DNA of 64,000 bases, taken from contig JBBIVV010000004.1 of NCBI GenBank assembly GCA_037439545.1, forward strand, positions 1 through 64,000. The letters are read 5' to 3'. Below, piece by piece: positions 10,430 through 21,476 of the stretch (positions are counted from its first letter, which is position 1; each line of letters starts with the position of its first letter). The notes beneath the pieces are model-generated. The model worked only from the letters and a program-made list of their open reading frames with translations. It did no database searches and was not told the DNA's origin. Source of the DNA: a bacterium (GTDB taxonomy: Bacteria; JAMCPX01). A program made the translations under genes and the position numbers.

Positions 10430-11193
10430 AGGCAGGCCTTCATTGCATTATAGAACATCTCGACGGCTATTATTATAATGATGACCGTAAAGATGCGTTT
10501 TAACGCAACCGTGTTTATATGCTTCAGCAGGGCAGACCCGGCCTTTGCGCCGATAAAAACGCCAAACCCGACCGGTGCGGCTATAGAGAAATCTATAGAA
10601 CCCTTCAGCAGGTAAACGAATACAGCCGCAGATGCAGTGGCGCCGATCATAAAGTTGCTCGTTGCCGTCGTTATCTTCATAGGCACCCCCATGACGAGAT
10701 GCATGACCGGTACATTTATGGCACCGCCTCCGACGCCGAGCATCCCGGCCAGAATGCCTGATGTGCCCGTGAGCACGAACCCCGCAGGATAGTGTTTATA
10801 GTTGCCGTTTGTTCCGGTGTCTTTTTTTTGCCTGTTTTTGATCATTTCGTATGATACATAAATGAGGATGAGAGAAAAGATCACCCCCAGCACGCTATCG
10901 TTGAGTTTACGGGACACGAGACTTCCCGCGATAGCGCCCGATGCAGTTCCAAGTGCCAGCAGCATGCCGAGTTTGATGTCGGTAAATCCTTCATCAATGT
11001 ACCTTGAACTTCCGCCAAGCGAGGTAATAAGGACACCGACGATGCTTGCGGCAATGGCTTCATGCATGGATATGCCGAAATAAGGGATAAGCGTCAGACA
11101 CGGCACTATGATGGCACCTCCGCCCAGTCCTGCCAAAACGCCGAACATCCCTGCAATAAGACCTACACCTATGATAAGCAGATGATACATCAT
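10426..11193 (-). CDS. Sulfite exporter TauE/SafE (TSUP) family membrane protein
   Basis: Duplicated GLGGG/GVGGG...VP motifs, ATSNFMIG, multiple TM helices. Confidence 0.88.
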   Translation of the reverse strand: MMYHLLIIGVGLIAGMFGVLAGLGGGAIIVPCLTLIPYFGISMHEAIAASIVGVLITSLGGSSRYIDEGFTDIKLGMLLALGTASGAIAGSLVSRKLNDSVLGVIFSLILIYVSYEMIKNRQKKDTGTNGNYKHYPAGFVLTGTSGILAGMLGVGGGAINVPVMHLVMGVPMKITTATSNFMIGATASAAVFVYLLKGSIDFSIAAPVGFGVFIGAKAGSALLKHINTVALKRIFTVIIIIIAVEMFYNAMKACL

Positions 11194-11208
11194 CCCGGAG
11201 CCGCTCCC

Positions 11209-13530
11209 TCACTCTTGTATATTATCCAGATAAAACACAATCCTCTGGTCCCACGGTATATCGGCCGCATGGGCATCGATATAAAAAACAGGCGTTACTT
11301 CCGTGAAGCCTGTACCTGAAACCGGGATGCCCACGGTCGACCACGAATAAAACGGCAATGACTGGGGCAAAGGATTGTCATACACGACCGTGCTGCCGTT
11401 CATCAGTCTCAAATGTACGAAATCCGTCGCACTCTTATACATGCCGGACTGCGTATATACGATCAAAGGGTACACGTCGAAAGACAGGGTAGGAGCGTTG
11501 TTTAAAGGTAAGGGCCGGTTCATTCCCAGCATGACTAACGCACTCACGGGCAGGCCTGCCTGCAGGGCGAGGCTGTTCAAGGTAAATGCCATCATGGCTG
11601 ATTGTGCCCCTGTGTCCTTTACCGTAGTGTCGGGCAGAACGACACCGTCGCCGGTCGTATTGTCCGGTGCCGGAAATGTATCCGTTATATTATTTGTAAA
11701 ACATCCAGGGTCTGCCATATTCATACAGAGCTGTGCATTTCCCGTTGAGGTGACTATCGTAAAACTCGCAAGTGCGCTGAAATCGCTCTGGATATCATTT
11801 TGGCCAAACGCCTTGACGCCGAACCACCATGTGCCCTGCGGCAGGGTATACGGGAGCGTATACCGGGTATCTGTTATAGTATCGAACTCGAGTGTAAATC
11901 TTTCAGGCATGCTCCTGTAGGGAGACACGATGACCTCATACGAGTTCGCACCATTGACCGGTTTCCAGCTTAAATTCACTGCATTGCTTGGGAGTGTCGT
12001 TTCCGTAACAAACTCCGGCGGATCCAATACAGGCATTACCGCGTTATGGTCTAAGGTAAACATCAAGGATTTAATCGAGCCAGCCATGCCGTCGAACATA
12101 GTCGTGTAAGGCTCGTTCTTTATATTGATCATCCCGTAATTGCTGTTTTCGCCGTCAAACCTGCCTGTTGCCGGCTCATCTCCCCATTCGAACCAGTGAA
12201 AGCCCGCCATAAAGGTAACGCCGCTTACCTTTATGCCGAGCAGCCTGTCGACATCGTTCCTGAAGAACTGTACACGATCACTCTGCATGCCGACTGTCCA
12301 GCCCGCACCTCTTGAATTCGGCAGTCCAGAATCATTTCCCCTCGTACTGAATTCCGACTGCATAAAAGGTTTTCCGCCGGGATGGCCGTTCATACTCAGC
12401 GTCAGCATGCGTGTCCACCTCTTGACCGGATCGCCGAGCACCCCGTTGGATGCGGGGTTATCGAGTGCATAATAATCGTTGACAGTTATCACATCACAGG
12501 AATCCGCTGCGGCCTCGATAAATTGATCGGGCGCATACGAGGCAAATCTCGAACACAGGTTCAGGTGGTTCGGATCCACAGACTTCAGTGCACTGTTGAC
12601 GACCGAAAAATAGGTGCTTGCAATGTCATAAATAAATGCCTCCTTGTCCGTTTGTATCTGGGGATATGCGGGATTAAACGGCAGTTTTGTTATATTCAGA
12701 AGATCAGACCATCCGGTAAACGATGTCCCGTAGAGCCGGTTGAGCGTATCGAGCGAATACCCCATTTTTTGCCGGAGAAAAACATTCACCCAATACTGCT
12801 TCCCCGCATAGGAAGAAGGCAGTGCAATAAAATCGTCGGCAAGCGTATGATACTGGCTATATATCAGTTGTGCGCCGCCGAACAACGACATTTCATTGTC
12901 CGTAAAATAGCCTATAAGCCACGGGTCATCGATAGTTCCGGGCGAGATTGCCTGCCGTGCATAAGCATAGGCGTTCTCTTCGAACCTCGGATCATATACA
13001 TCGGGAAAATTCGAAGAGAACCCCTGATTGACGTCCGGGCACCTGCCATAACCGTAGTCCCCGCCGACACTGCTTCCAAAACCGAGAACAATGGTATACG
13101 GGATTGCGTCCTGAAAAACAGTAAGCCCGTTCTCGGACCATGCACCTATCGTGTTAAACCCGAGTTCCCTGTACCTTTCAGTCACTTGCTGTACCCATAG
13201 CTGTTTCGCGTTTTGCGCAGGGAAGAGAGACAGAAAATTGTGATTGTATTCCGAATAACCAAAAAACTGACTGGAGTCCTGTTCAAAGCTTGTATTGTTT
13301 GCACCGATGGAAAAGAACACATGGTTGCCGGGATCGACGAATACCCATCTGTTGTGTATAAGCTGTGTCCTGAAAAAACCCGATGTATTATTCCCGGTCG
13401 TATCGCTCAAGCCGCCGTATTTATCGAACTGCAATGACATAGACGGACTGCCGGCATGATCACGTGAACAATTGACCGCGGTCATTGCCATGACGCATGC
13501 AAGGAATATAATTTTTTCTCTTAACTCCAT
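11209..13530 (-). CDS. Glycoside hydrolase lipoprotein (GH50/beta-agarase-like catalytic region plus FN3-like domain)
   Basis: Lipobox-like AVNC; FDKYGG, GFFR...WVFVDP, GFNTIGAWS, GYFTDNE, DPNHL, SEF, GFHWFEW.D, ENSNYG. Confidence 0.7.
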   Translation of the reverse strand: MELREKIIFLACVMAMTAVNCSRDHAGSPSMSLQFDKYGGLSDTTGNNTSGFFRTQLIHNRWVFVDPGNHVFFSIGANNTSFEQDSSQFFGYSEYNHNFLSLFPAQNAKQLWVQQVTERYRELGFNTIGAWSENGLTVFQDAIPYTIVLGFGSSVGGDYGYGRCPDVNQGFSSNFPDVYDPRFEENAYAYARQAISPGTIDDPWLIGYFTDNEMSLFGGAQLIYSQYHTLADDFIALPSSYAGKQYWVNVFLRQKMGYSLDTLNRLYGTSFTGWSDLLNITKLPFNPAYPQIQTDKEAFIYDIASTYFSVVNSALKSVDPNHLNLCSRFASYAPDQFIEAAADSCDVITVNDYYALDNPASNGVLGDPVKRWTRMLTLSMNGHPGGKPFMQSEFSTRGNDSGLPNSRGAGWTVGMQSDRVQFFRNDVDRLLGIKVSGVTFMAGFHWFEWGDEPATGRFDGENSNYGMINIKNEPYTTMFDGMAGSIKSLMFTLDHNAVMPVLDPPEFVTETTLPSNAVNLSWKPVNGANSYEVIVSPYRSMPERFTLEFDTITDTRYTLPYTLPQGTWWFGVKAFGQNDIQSDFSALASFTIVTSTGNAQLCMNMADPGCFTNNITDTFPAPDNTTGDGVVLPDTTVKDTGAQSAMMAFTLNSLALQAGLPVSALVMLGMNRPLPLNNAPTLSFDVYPLIVYTQSGMYKSATDFVHLRLMNGSTVVYDNPLPQSLPFYSWSTVGIPVSGTGFTEVTPVFYIDAHAADIPWDQRIVFYLDNIQE

Positions 13531-13632
13531 ACTGCCTCCTTATCTAACCCGGTAGAAACACACCTATAACAACTTCTTCTGTTTGACAACACCTGTTAAA
13601 CGCAATTATTATGGCGATAGGGTAGAGATGCC

Positions 13633-14181
13633 ATGTATGAAAATATTTATTTATCTTTGGGTTCAAACAAAGGCAACAGGGAAGAATACCTGCTCCATGC
13701 ACTTCATGAGATATCCGGGTATGAGGATACAACGGTGGTTTCTGTATCCTCACTCTATGAAACAGAACCTGTTCATATGAAAAAGGGGAAGATGGTACAG
13801 AATTTCCTGAATCTTTGCTGCACTGTCCAAACGGGATTAGCCCCCTTTGAGATGCTTGAATCGGTACAAAAGACAGAACAAAGACTCGGCAGGACTTTTG
13901 CAGGCCACGGCACCGGTTCCCGGTCTCGAGGTAAGACATACTCCTCCCGGACCATCGACATAGACATGCTTTTGTACGGTGAACGTATTATTTATACAAA
14001 AGAACTCGTCATCCCCCACCCGCTGCTCCATGAAAGGCTGTTCGTACTCGAGCCGTTTTCAGAGATAGCAGGCACGGCCACGCATCCATTATTTAGATTG
14101 ACTGTAAACGAATTAAAACATACGATTAAAAATAAATTTTTTGTAAGGTTTTTTAAGAAAACGACGGTTTCATCAGCTTAA
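13633..14181 (+). CDS. folK: 2-amino-4-hydroxy-6-hydroxymethyldihydropteridine diphosphokinase
   Basis: YLSLGSNKG, SSLYETEP, FLN, RTIDIDML, PHP...RLFVLEP. Confidence 0.95.
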   Translation: MYENIYLSLGSNKGNREEYLLHALHEISGYEDTTVVSVSSLYETEPVHMKKGKMVQNFLNLCCTVQTGLAPFEMLESVQKTEQRLGRTFAGHGTGSRSRGKTYSSRTIDIDMLLYGERIIYTKELVIPHPLLHERLFVLEPFSEIAGTATHPLFRLTVNELKHTIKNKFFVRFFKKTTVSSA

Positions 14182-14195
14182 AGGAGATTACTTGT

Positions 14196-14633
14196 ATGGC
14201 GATAAAAGAATTAAAGGTACTCGACCAGAAGTTGTACATGATAACACAGGCCGTAGCAGATACTCTTGCCCCAGCCGGCGGAGCTTTCCAGGTAGGTGCC
14301 CAGGATGTCGATGCTGCCCTGTTGTTCGATAACTACATAGACCGGTTAGGTAAACTCCCGCTGAAACTGATAAAAACAGTCCTCTATCTGCTTGAATATG
14401 CACCTTTGTTTACAAGGTTCAAAAGGTTCAGCAGGATGAATCAGGAACAGAGGCTGAATTATTTAAGGGGCTGGGAAAACAGCAGGATTGCCTCCAAGAG
14501 AAATCTTTTCGTCATGATAAAGATGCTCATACTTATGACGTTTTATTCTCACGACGCTGTTGCACAAGCCATGAACTATCACCCCGAATGTCTCATAAAG
14601 GATGAGGACACCCATGCTGTTTACCTACAATGA
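14196..14633 (+). CDS. Gluconate 2-dehydrogenase subunit 3-like partner of the GMC oxidoreductase
   Basis: RFSRM...R..YL..WENS pattern; GGAG RBS; overlaps the GMC gene. Confidence 0.55.
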   Translation: MAIKELKVLDQKLYMITQAVADTLAPAGGAFQVGAQDVDAALLFDNYIDRLGKLPLKLIKTVLYLLEYAPLFTRFKRFSRMNQEQRLNYLRGWENSRIASKRNLFVMIKMLILMTFYSHDAVAQAMNYHPECLIKDEDTHAVYLQ

Positions 14634-16137
14634 TATCGGCAAGGATATAGTCGAAACACCGGACGTGTGCATCATAGGATCAGGTGCAGGAGGTGCGGTC
14701 ATGGCGGATATGCTCAGCAGTGCAGGCATGGACGTCGTGGTACTGGAAGAAGGCGGGTATTATACAAAAGACAGGTACCGCACGTTTAAGCCCATAGAGT
14801 CCTTGAAGATCCTGTACAGGGACTACGGCTCAACGCTTGCGTTCGGGAAAAGTCCCATCGTGCTTCCTCTCGGCAGGGCAGTGGGCGGGACAACTGTGAT
14901 AAATTCCGGGACCTGTTTCAGGACACCCGCACATGTCCTTGAAGATTGGGCGGAGACATTCGGTGTTGTCGGGGCATCTTCGAGAGATATGGAGCCATTC
15001 TTTGAGCGGGTTGAGAAGGCAATCAATGTTACCACCATAAGCCCCCAGGTACTCGGCAAGAACGGGCTTATCTTCAAGCGAGGGGCTGATGCCCTCGGCT
15101 TGAGCAACGGCATGCTGAAACATAATATGATAAACTGCCATGGATGCGGCAGGTGCGCATTCGGCTGCCCGCATGATGCAAAACAGGCAGTGCACCTGAA
15201 TTTCATCCCCTCTGCCATAAAGCATGGCGCGAGGATATACGCGAATGCAAAAGCAGAAAAAATAATTATCGAATCCGGCAGGGTAAGCTCTGTCGAGGGC
15301 AGTATCATCAATGAACAAACAGACAACAGACTGTATCGCATTAAGGTGTCCCCGAAACTGCTCGTCCTGTCGGCAGGCACAATATACACCCCTTTTATCC
15401 TTGAAAAGAACAATATAAAATTATCTTCGGAACTCGGGAAAAACCTCACCATTCACCCTGCGGCACGTATAACAGCCATCTATGACGAGCTGATAGAAGG
15501 CTATAAAGGCATTCCCCAGGGCAATTATGTCGATGCGTATTCAAATGAGGGCATTGTTCTGGAAGGCATTTTTGTTCCTCCTGAAGTAGGTCTTCCCATT
15601 ATTGGAGCATCCGGTGCTGCGGGGAAAGAGCTTGCCGGCAAGTATAACAATTTTGCGGCATTTGGAGTCATGATATCGGACAATAATTCATCCGGAAAAG
15701 TAAGGGTGGGCGTGGACAACGCACCGTTTATAACGTATAGGCTTCATCCTCTTGATCTAAAAAAACTTATAAAGGGCATTGCCGTTGCGTCTGAGATTTT
15801 TTTTGCTGCAGGAGCAAAATCCGTAAATTCCGGTGTGTACGGAATAAAGGAGTTTCGATCGTCCGAAGACATAGCGCAATTATTTACGAGACGCCTCAAA
15901 ACGGCCTCTTTTGAGATGATGGCTTTTCACCCCCTCGGCACAGCGCGTATGGGAGAATTAGCCGGTCATACTGTCGTAGATTCTTTCGGTAAGGCGCACA
16001 CTTTGGAGAATCTCTTCATTTCGGACGGAAGCATTTTTCCCACATCACTCGGGGTCAACCCTCAGCTCACGATCATGGCTTTCTCCATGAGAAATGCAGA
16101 GTACATTATAGACAACAAAAAGAGGTTTTTAACATAG
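14614..16137 (+). CDS. GMC family oxidoreductase
   Basis: IIGSGAGG, GGTTVINSG, CxGCGxC..GC, HPLGTARMG, DGSIFPTSLGVNPQLTI. Confidence 0.9.
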   Translation: MLFTYNDIGKDIVETPDVCIIGSGAGGAVMADMLSSAGMDVVVLEEGGYYTKDRYRTFKPIESLKILYRDYGSTLAFGKSPIVLPLGRAVGGTTVINSGTCFRTPAHVLEDWAETFGVVGASSRDMEPFFERVEKAINVTTISPQVLGKNGLIFKRGADALGLSNGMLKHNMINCHGCGRCAFGCPHDAKQAVHLNFIPSAIKHGARIYANAKAEKIIIESGRVSSVEGSIINEQTDNRLYRIKVSPKLLVLSAGTIYTPFILEKNNIKLSSELGKNLTIHPAARITAIYDELIEGYKGIPQGNYVDAYSNEGIVLEGIFVPPEVGLPIIGASGAAGKELAGKYNNFAAFGVMISDNNSSGKVRVGVDNAPFITYRLHPLDLKKLIKGIAVASEIFFAAGAKSVNSGVYGIKEFRSSEDIAQLFTRRLKTASFEMMAFHPLGTARMGELAGHTVVDSFGKAHTLENLFISDGSIFPTSLGVNPQLTIMAFSMRNAEYIIDNKKRFLT

Positions 16138-16157
16138 ATAACCTGCTCAACACACAA

Positions 16158-17111
16158 TTGTGTAAACTGCTCGGTATCCAATACCCTGTCCTGCTCGGAG
16201 GCATGGTTTATGTATCCTATGCGCCGCTGGTTGCTGCCGTATCGAATGCAGGAGGACTCGGTGTCATTGCGTGCGGCTCTTTTTTGTCAAAGGACGAACT
16301 CAATGAGGAGATAACAAAAACACGCACACTGACGGATAGGCCTTTTGGATTGAACATACCTCTCCTGTATCCGCTTGCACCCGACATGATAGATGTCGCC
16401 ATAAAGACCGGAGCGCATATTGTCATAACCTCTGCGGGCAGCCCGGCAAAATTCACACGGATATTGCATGATGCGGGCATAAAGGTCGGACACGTCGTAC
16501 CGTCTGCAAAACATGCAAAAAAGGCGTACGATGCCGGTGTTGATTTTATAATAGCCGAGGGCATCGAAGCAGGGGGACACGACAGTCCGCTTGAGATTAC
16601 GACCATGGTCCTTATACCTCAGGTTGCCGATGCAGTAGACGTCCCCGTTGTCGCAGCAGGGGGTATTGCGGATCACCGGGGATTTGTTGCAGCAAGGGCG
16701 CTCGGAGCGCAGGGTATACAGATGGGAACACGGTTTGTTTCAGCAACAGAGGCGCCTGTCCATACGGCTTTCAAACAGGCAATTATCGATGCCCGGGATG
16801 ACTCGACTGTGCTCACGGGCAGAACAATCGGTCAACCGGTAAGGGTGATACGGAACAACCTCGCGGATCAGATCCTGAAACTGGAGAAGGAAGGCATAAG
16901 TGAAATGGAGCTTTTGTCGTATATAGGTCCCGGCAGGAGCAGGGCGGCATCCATCGAAGGTGACATAACAAACGGCTCTATCATGAGTGGAGAGGTCGCA
17001 GGACTTATAAAAGAAATACTGCCGGTAAACGACATCATACAGGGGATCGTCAACGGATCGCAGGACCTCATAAAGGGCCTTTATTCCCCTGCTCTTCATC
17101 GAGGAAAATAG
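16158..17111 (+). CDS. fabK: Enoyl-ACP reductase II / nitronate monooxygenase family (start uncertain)
   Basis: LGIQYPVLLGGM, AVSNAGGLG, EGIEAGGH, AAGGIAD, QMGTRF. Confidence 0.75.
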   Translation: MCKLLGIQYPVLLGGMVYVSYAPLVAAVSNAGGLGVIACGSFLSKDELNEEITKTRTLTDRPFGLNIPLLYPLAPDMIDVAIKTGAHIVITSAGSPAKFTRILHDAGIKVGHVVPSAKHAKKAYDAGVDFIIAEGIEAGGHDSPLEITTMVLIPQVADAVDVPVVAAGGIADHRGFVAARALGAQGIQMGTRFVSATEAPVHTAFKQAIIDARDDSTVLTGRTIGQPVRVIRNNLADQILKLEKEGISEMELLSYIGPGRSRAASIEGDITNGSIMSGEVAGLIKEILPVNDIIQGIVNGSQDLIKGLYSPALHRGK

Positions 17112-17121
17112 GGTTCATTCT

Positions 17122-17325
17122 ATGCCGTATGGTGATAAAAAAAGCTGTCTAACCTGTGCATGGCGCGAAACCTGCCAGAAGCGGTTCTCTTCAATAGAAG
17201 ATATGGGATCGCGGTGCCCTGACTATACCTATGATGTCCGGCTTGACAAGCAGATGAGCGGCAATCAGACGCAGGTCCGGCAGGGGCAGGGCAGCGATGT
17301 AAAAAAGAAACCCGATGCTCGATAA
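17122..17325 (+). CDS. Small Cys-rich hypothetical protein
   Basis: CLTCAWRETCQKRF...RCPDY; fills the gap between fabK and argS and overlaps argS. Confidence 0.6.
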   Translation: MPYGDKKSCLTCAWRETCQKRFSSIEDMGSRCPDYTYDVRLDKQMSGNQTQVRQGQGSDVKKKPDAR

Positions 17326-18952
17326 ACTCATTCAAGTTATAGCTGCGGCTGTAAGGGATTCTACGAATGTTGAAACCTCACAGCCTTTTCATGTAACCAT
17401 ACCGGTCAATGAAAACCACGGCGATTTTTCAACAGGTATTGCATTCAACCTTGCCGGTGTTTTGAAAGAAGCGCCGCACAGTATTGCGGAAAAGATTGCA
17501 AAAAATATACAGCCGCACACTGACCTTATAAAAGAGATTACCGTCATAAAGCCGGGTTATATAAATTTTGTTATGAGTGATGCATTCTGGCACGAAGCCC
17601 TGAACACAATCATCGAAAGGCAGGCGTATTATGGGAAGAATGATGCGGGGAAGGGGATAAAAGTTTTGATCGAGTTCATCAGTGCCAATCCGACAGGGCC
17701 ACTCCACGTAGGACACGGAAGAGGTGCTGTTATCGGCGATGTGCTCGCACGTATCATGACGGCATCCGGATACGAGGTATCAAGAGAATATTATATTAAC
17801 GATGCCGGTAATCAGGTACTTTCTCTCGGCTATTCCGTGCTGAGTGAATACAACAAACTGAACAACATGAACCTTCAACTATCCAGACAGGGTGAATATA
17901 CGGGGGATTATATCAGGGCCATAAGCGGTTCACTCGATTCATCGCTACAAAAGGCCGATATTAACGAAGAGCATATCCGGATGATCACGGACTCTGCGGT
18001 GAACAGCGTGCTCGCATCGATACAGCAGGTACTGGACGGCTTTGGCATCGCATTCGACAAATGGTTCAGCGAAAAAGAATTGTACACCGACGGCAGCGTC
18101 CCTGCGGTCATTGCCGGACTGGAAAAGAAAAATGCAATTAAATTCGATGAAGGCGCAACATGGTTTTTATCGACACTGTATGGAGATGAGAAAGACAGGG
18201 TCTTAAAAAAGCAGTCCGGGGAGTTTACCTATTTTGCCTCGGACATCGCCTACCACGTAAACAAGTTCCGGAGGGGCTATGACCTGTGTATAAACATCTG
18301 GGGCGCCGACCATCACGGCTACCTGCCAAGGGTAAAGGCTGCAATCAGGGCGCTCGGCTACGATCCGGACAAACTGATTGTTCTGTTTGTCCAGATGGTA
18401 AGGCTGATGCGGGGAGACAAGCCGGTCGCGATGTCAAAACGTGCCGGCGAGTACGTGACCCTGAAAGAACTGGTCGATGAGGCCGGTCCTGATGCCGTCA
18501 GGTTTTTCTTTTTACAGCGCAGTCACGAAAGCCAGCTTGTATTTGACATAGAGCTTGCAAAAAAGCAGTCCCAGGAAAATCCTGTTTACTATGTGCAATA
18601 CGCTCATGCAAGGATTTCAAGTATATTCAATTTTGCCGCAACGAAGGGGTGGGACATAAACAAAATAACGTGCCGGAACGATTATGCCTTTAATAATCAG
18701 GAAAAAAGACTTATAGCCCAATGCCTGCTTTATCCTATGGTTCTCCGGGACAGTGCTGTTAAAATGGAGCCGCACAGGTTAACCTATTATCTCGTCGAAC
18801 TTGTCGGAACACTCCACAGGTATTACACCGATATACGGGTCGTGGGCGAGGATGAAGATACGGGCCAAAGACTTTTGTTGATGAAAATGGTAAAAATTGT
18901 TTTAAAGAATGCACTGGACATGTTAGGAATAAATGCTCCGGATAAAATGTAG
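17315..18952 (+). CDS. argS: Arginine--tRNA ligase
   Basis: SANPTGPLHVGH (HIGH), EYYINDAG, WGADHHGY, MSKRAG, YVQYAHAR. Confidence 0.97.
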   Translation: MLDKLIQVIAAAVRDSTNVETSQPFHVTIPVNENHGDFSTGIAFNLAGVLKEAPHSIAEKIAKNIQPHTDLIKEITVIKPGYINFVMSDAFWHEALNTIIERQAYYGKNDAGKGIKVLIEFISANPTGPLHVGHGRGAVIGDVLARIMTASGYEVSREYYINDAGNQVLSLGYSVLSEYNKLNNMNLQLSRQGEYTGDYIRAISGSLDSSLQKADINEEHIRMITDSAVNSVLASIQQVLDGFGIAFDKWFSEKELYTDGSVPAVIAGLEKKNAIKFDEGATWFLSTLYGDEKDRVLKKQSGEFTYFASDIAYHVNKFRRGYDLCINIWGADHHGYLPRVKAAIRALGYDPDKLIVLFVQMVRLMRGDKPVAMSKRAGEYVTLKELVDEAGPDAVRFFFLQRSHESQLVFDIELAKKQSQENPVYYVQYAHARISSIFNFAATKGWDINKITCRNDYAFNNQEKRLIAQCLLYPMVLRDSAVKMEPHRLTYYLVELVGTLHRYYTDIRVVGEDEDTGQRLLLMKMVKIVLKNALDMLGINAPDKM

Positions 18953-18963
18953 GAGGTAGTTAT

Positions 18964-19656
18964 ATGAGAGATATGGAAAGGATAAAACCAAAGTACAATG
19001 TAACATTGGACAACAAGCAGATAGTCATGATCGTCGTTTCCTCTGTCGTGATACTCGTACTCGTGTTCGTGATAGGTTTTGTACTCGGAAAGAATGTTGG
19101 TCTGAAAGAGGTCCGGCAAGCCGTTCTTTCTCCGGAACAGATCAAGCCCCAGAATGCCGTTGTTTTTACCCAGCAGACAACAGGAGGCTCCGGGGAAATT
19201 ACCGGACAATCGACCGGGCAGGTACCTGCGCAGGAGAATGCCCTGACAGCCACGACACAGGCGGAAGCCGCGGGCACATCCCCCACGACCGCTGCCGGGA
19301 AGCATGCGGAACTGACATTCTATAAGTCCCTGACACAGGAAGGACAGCAGAAAAAAGAGGTACGAAAAACCCAGACAAAAAAACCCGTCGTAAAAAAAGC
19401 GGTGCACAGGCAAGCAGGCAAGTTCAGCATCCAGTGCGGCGCCTTTAAGGAAAAAAGCGGGGCTGAGAGATTAACATCCGAACTAAAAAAGAAATATAAA
19501 CTCAGCGCCTGGATAGCCCCCATAGCAGCGCGGGGCGAAAAACTATACGAAGTAAGAATCGGACATTTTGAGACAAGAAAAAATGCGCAGATTTACGAGC
19601 AAAAACAGCTTGCACCGAAGGGCTTGAGAAACTGTGTTATAACAGTGGCACAGTGA
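18964..19656 (+). CDS. SPOR-domain cell division protein (FtsN/DedD-like)
   Basis: Single TM, low-complexity linker, LTFYKSL, C-terminal IQCGAF...YEVRIG; typical position after argS. Confidence 0.85.
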   Translation: MRDMERIKPKYNVTLDNKQIVMIVVSSVVILVLVFVIGFVLGKNVGLKEVRQAVLSPEQIKPQNAVVFTQQTTGGSGEITGQSTGQVPAQENALTATTQAEAAGTSPTTAAGKHAELTFYKSLTQEGQQKKEVRKTQTKKPVVKKAVHRQAGKFSIQCGAFKEKSGAERLTSELKKKYKLSAWIAPIAARGEKLYEVRIGHFETRKNAQIYEQKQLAPKGLRNCVITVAQ

Positions 19657-19686
19657 TTATTATAAACACCCATAAAAGGAGTTGAA

Positions 19687-21468
19687 ATGGATTTTCTTGG
19701 AAGCTTGAAAAGGACATGTTATTGCGGACAGATTGCGGATGAACATCTCGGTAAAGAGGTCGTTCTGATGGGGTGGGTCCACAGAAGAAGGGACCACGGA
19801 GGACTTATATTTGCAGATCTCAGGGACAGGGAAGGCATCGTCCAGATCGTGTTCAATCCCGAAATAGACAAACCGGCTTATGAAAAAGCAAAACTTATAA
19901 AACCCGAGTATGTACTGGCGGTCAAGGGAGTTATTACCAAAAGACCCGGCGGGACCGTGAACAAGGAGATTAAAACAGGGCTCTATGAAGTTGAAATAAA
20001 AGAACTGCGCATATTAAATGAATCAAAAACCCCGCCATTCCCTGTTGCCCAGGAAAAAGTGGATGTCGATGAGACTGCAAGGCTTCAGTACCGGTACATC
20101 GACTTGAGAAGAGAAAGAATGAGATCAAATTTAATCGTCCGTCACAAAATCACCAATCTCGTGAGGGAATTCCTCAATGCAGAAGGTTTTATAGATGTAG
20201 AAACGCCGATACTTACAAAAAGTACACCCGAGGGCGCACGGGATTTTCTCGTGCCGAGCAGGCTGAATGCGGGTAAATTCTATGCCCTGCCCCAGTCACC
20301 TCAGTTGTTCAAACAATTGCTTATGGTGTCCGGCTTTGATCGGTATTATCAGATTGCACGGTGCTTCAGGGATGAGGACCTCCGGGCAGACCGGCAGCCG
20401 GAATTCACTCAGATAGACATAGAGATGTCTTTCATCCAGATGGAAGACTTGATGGGTATTATGGAGAGGCTGTTCGTTAAAATATTCAAGACATTCAAAG
20501 GCATCGATCCCCATGTGCCGTTTTACAGATTATCGTTCGATGAATCCATGAGGAGATTCGGCAATGATAAGCCGGACATGCGTTTTGGCATGGAACTCGA
20601 GGAATTGAATGATATTTTCAAAAATACCGGTTTCAACGTATTCAAGCAAGTAATTGAAAATAAGGGAATAATCAAGGGGGTAAAAGCACCCGAGGATTTC
20701 TCAAGAAAAGACATCGATGAACTTGAGCTGTTCGTTAAACAGTATCAGGCAAAAGGGCTCGTGTGGCTGAAGATCAAGGACAATTCCGTATCATCGCCGG
20801 TGGATAAATTCCTGTCAGACGAAGAAAAGAAAAACCTTATGAAACAATTTGACATGAAACAGGGTGACACGGCATTCATCGTTGCAGACACTTCTTCCAA
20901 GGTTGTGAACGATGCGATGTCGAACCTCAGACTCCACCTTGGCAGAAAGCTGGGCCTCATAAAGGACGATGACTATAAACTGTTGTGGGTAACGGACTTT
21001 CCTGCTTATGAGTATAATGCGGAAGAAAAACGCTATGAATCCGTCCACCATCCGTTCACCTCACCAAGGGACGAAGACATTACATTGCTTGAAAAAGAAC
21101 CCCTCAAGGTCAAATCCAAGGCCTATGATCTCGTATTGAACGGGACAGAGGTCGGCGGAGGCAGTATCCGTATACACAACAGCGCGCTTCAATCCGGCGT
21201 ATTCAAATTGCTCAACATATCCGAGGAATCCGCAAGAGCCAAGTTCGGGTTCCTGCTTGACGCACTTCAGTATGGTGCACCGCCGCATGGAGGCATTGCA
21301 TTCGGACTTGACAGGCTGGTCATGATCCTAACGGGATCTGAATCTATAAGGGATGTCATACCGTTTCCAAAAACACAGAAAGGCACATGCCCGCTTACCG
21401 ACGCGCCATCCGATGTTGATGACCGGCAGTTAAGAGAATTATTCATTAAGAAAAATATTAAGGCATAG
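19687..21468 (+). CDS. aspS: Aspartate--tRNA ligase
   Basis: [57 protein letters not shown]. Confidence 0.98.
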   Translation: MDFLGSLKRTCYCGQIADEHLGKEVVLMGWVHRRRDHGGLIFADLRDREGIVQIVFNPEIDKPAYEKAKLIKPEYVLAVKGVITKRPGGTVNKEIKTGLYEVEIKELRILNESKTPPFPVAQEKVDVDETARLQYRYIDLRRERMRSNLIVRHKITNLVREFLNAEGFIDVETPILTKSTPEGARDFLVPSRLNAGKFYALPQSPQLFKQLLMVSGFDRYYQIARCFRDEDLRADRQPEFTQIDIEMSFIQMEDLMGIMERLFVKIFKTFKGIDPHVPFYRLSFDESMRRFGNDKPDMRFGMELEELNDIFKNTGFNVFKQVIENKGIIKGVKAPEDFSRKDIDELELFVKQYQAKGLVWLKIKDNSVSSPVDKFLSDEEKKNLMKQFDMKQGDTAFIVADTSSKVVNDAMSNLRLHLGRKLGLIKDDDYKLLWVTDFPAYEYNAEEKRYESVHHPFTSPRDEDITLLEKEPLKVKSKAYDLVLNGTEVGGGSIRIHNSALQSGVFKLLNISEESARAKFGFLLDALQYGAPPHGGIAFGLDRLVMILTGSESIRDVIPFPKTQKGTCPLTDAPSDVDDRQLRELFIKKNIKA

Positions 21469-21476
21469 GAGGACAA

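Noticed and set aside
12382..13200. 272 aa plus-strand ORF
   Set aside because: Antisense shadow of the glycoside hydrolase
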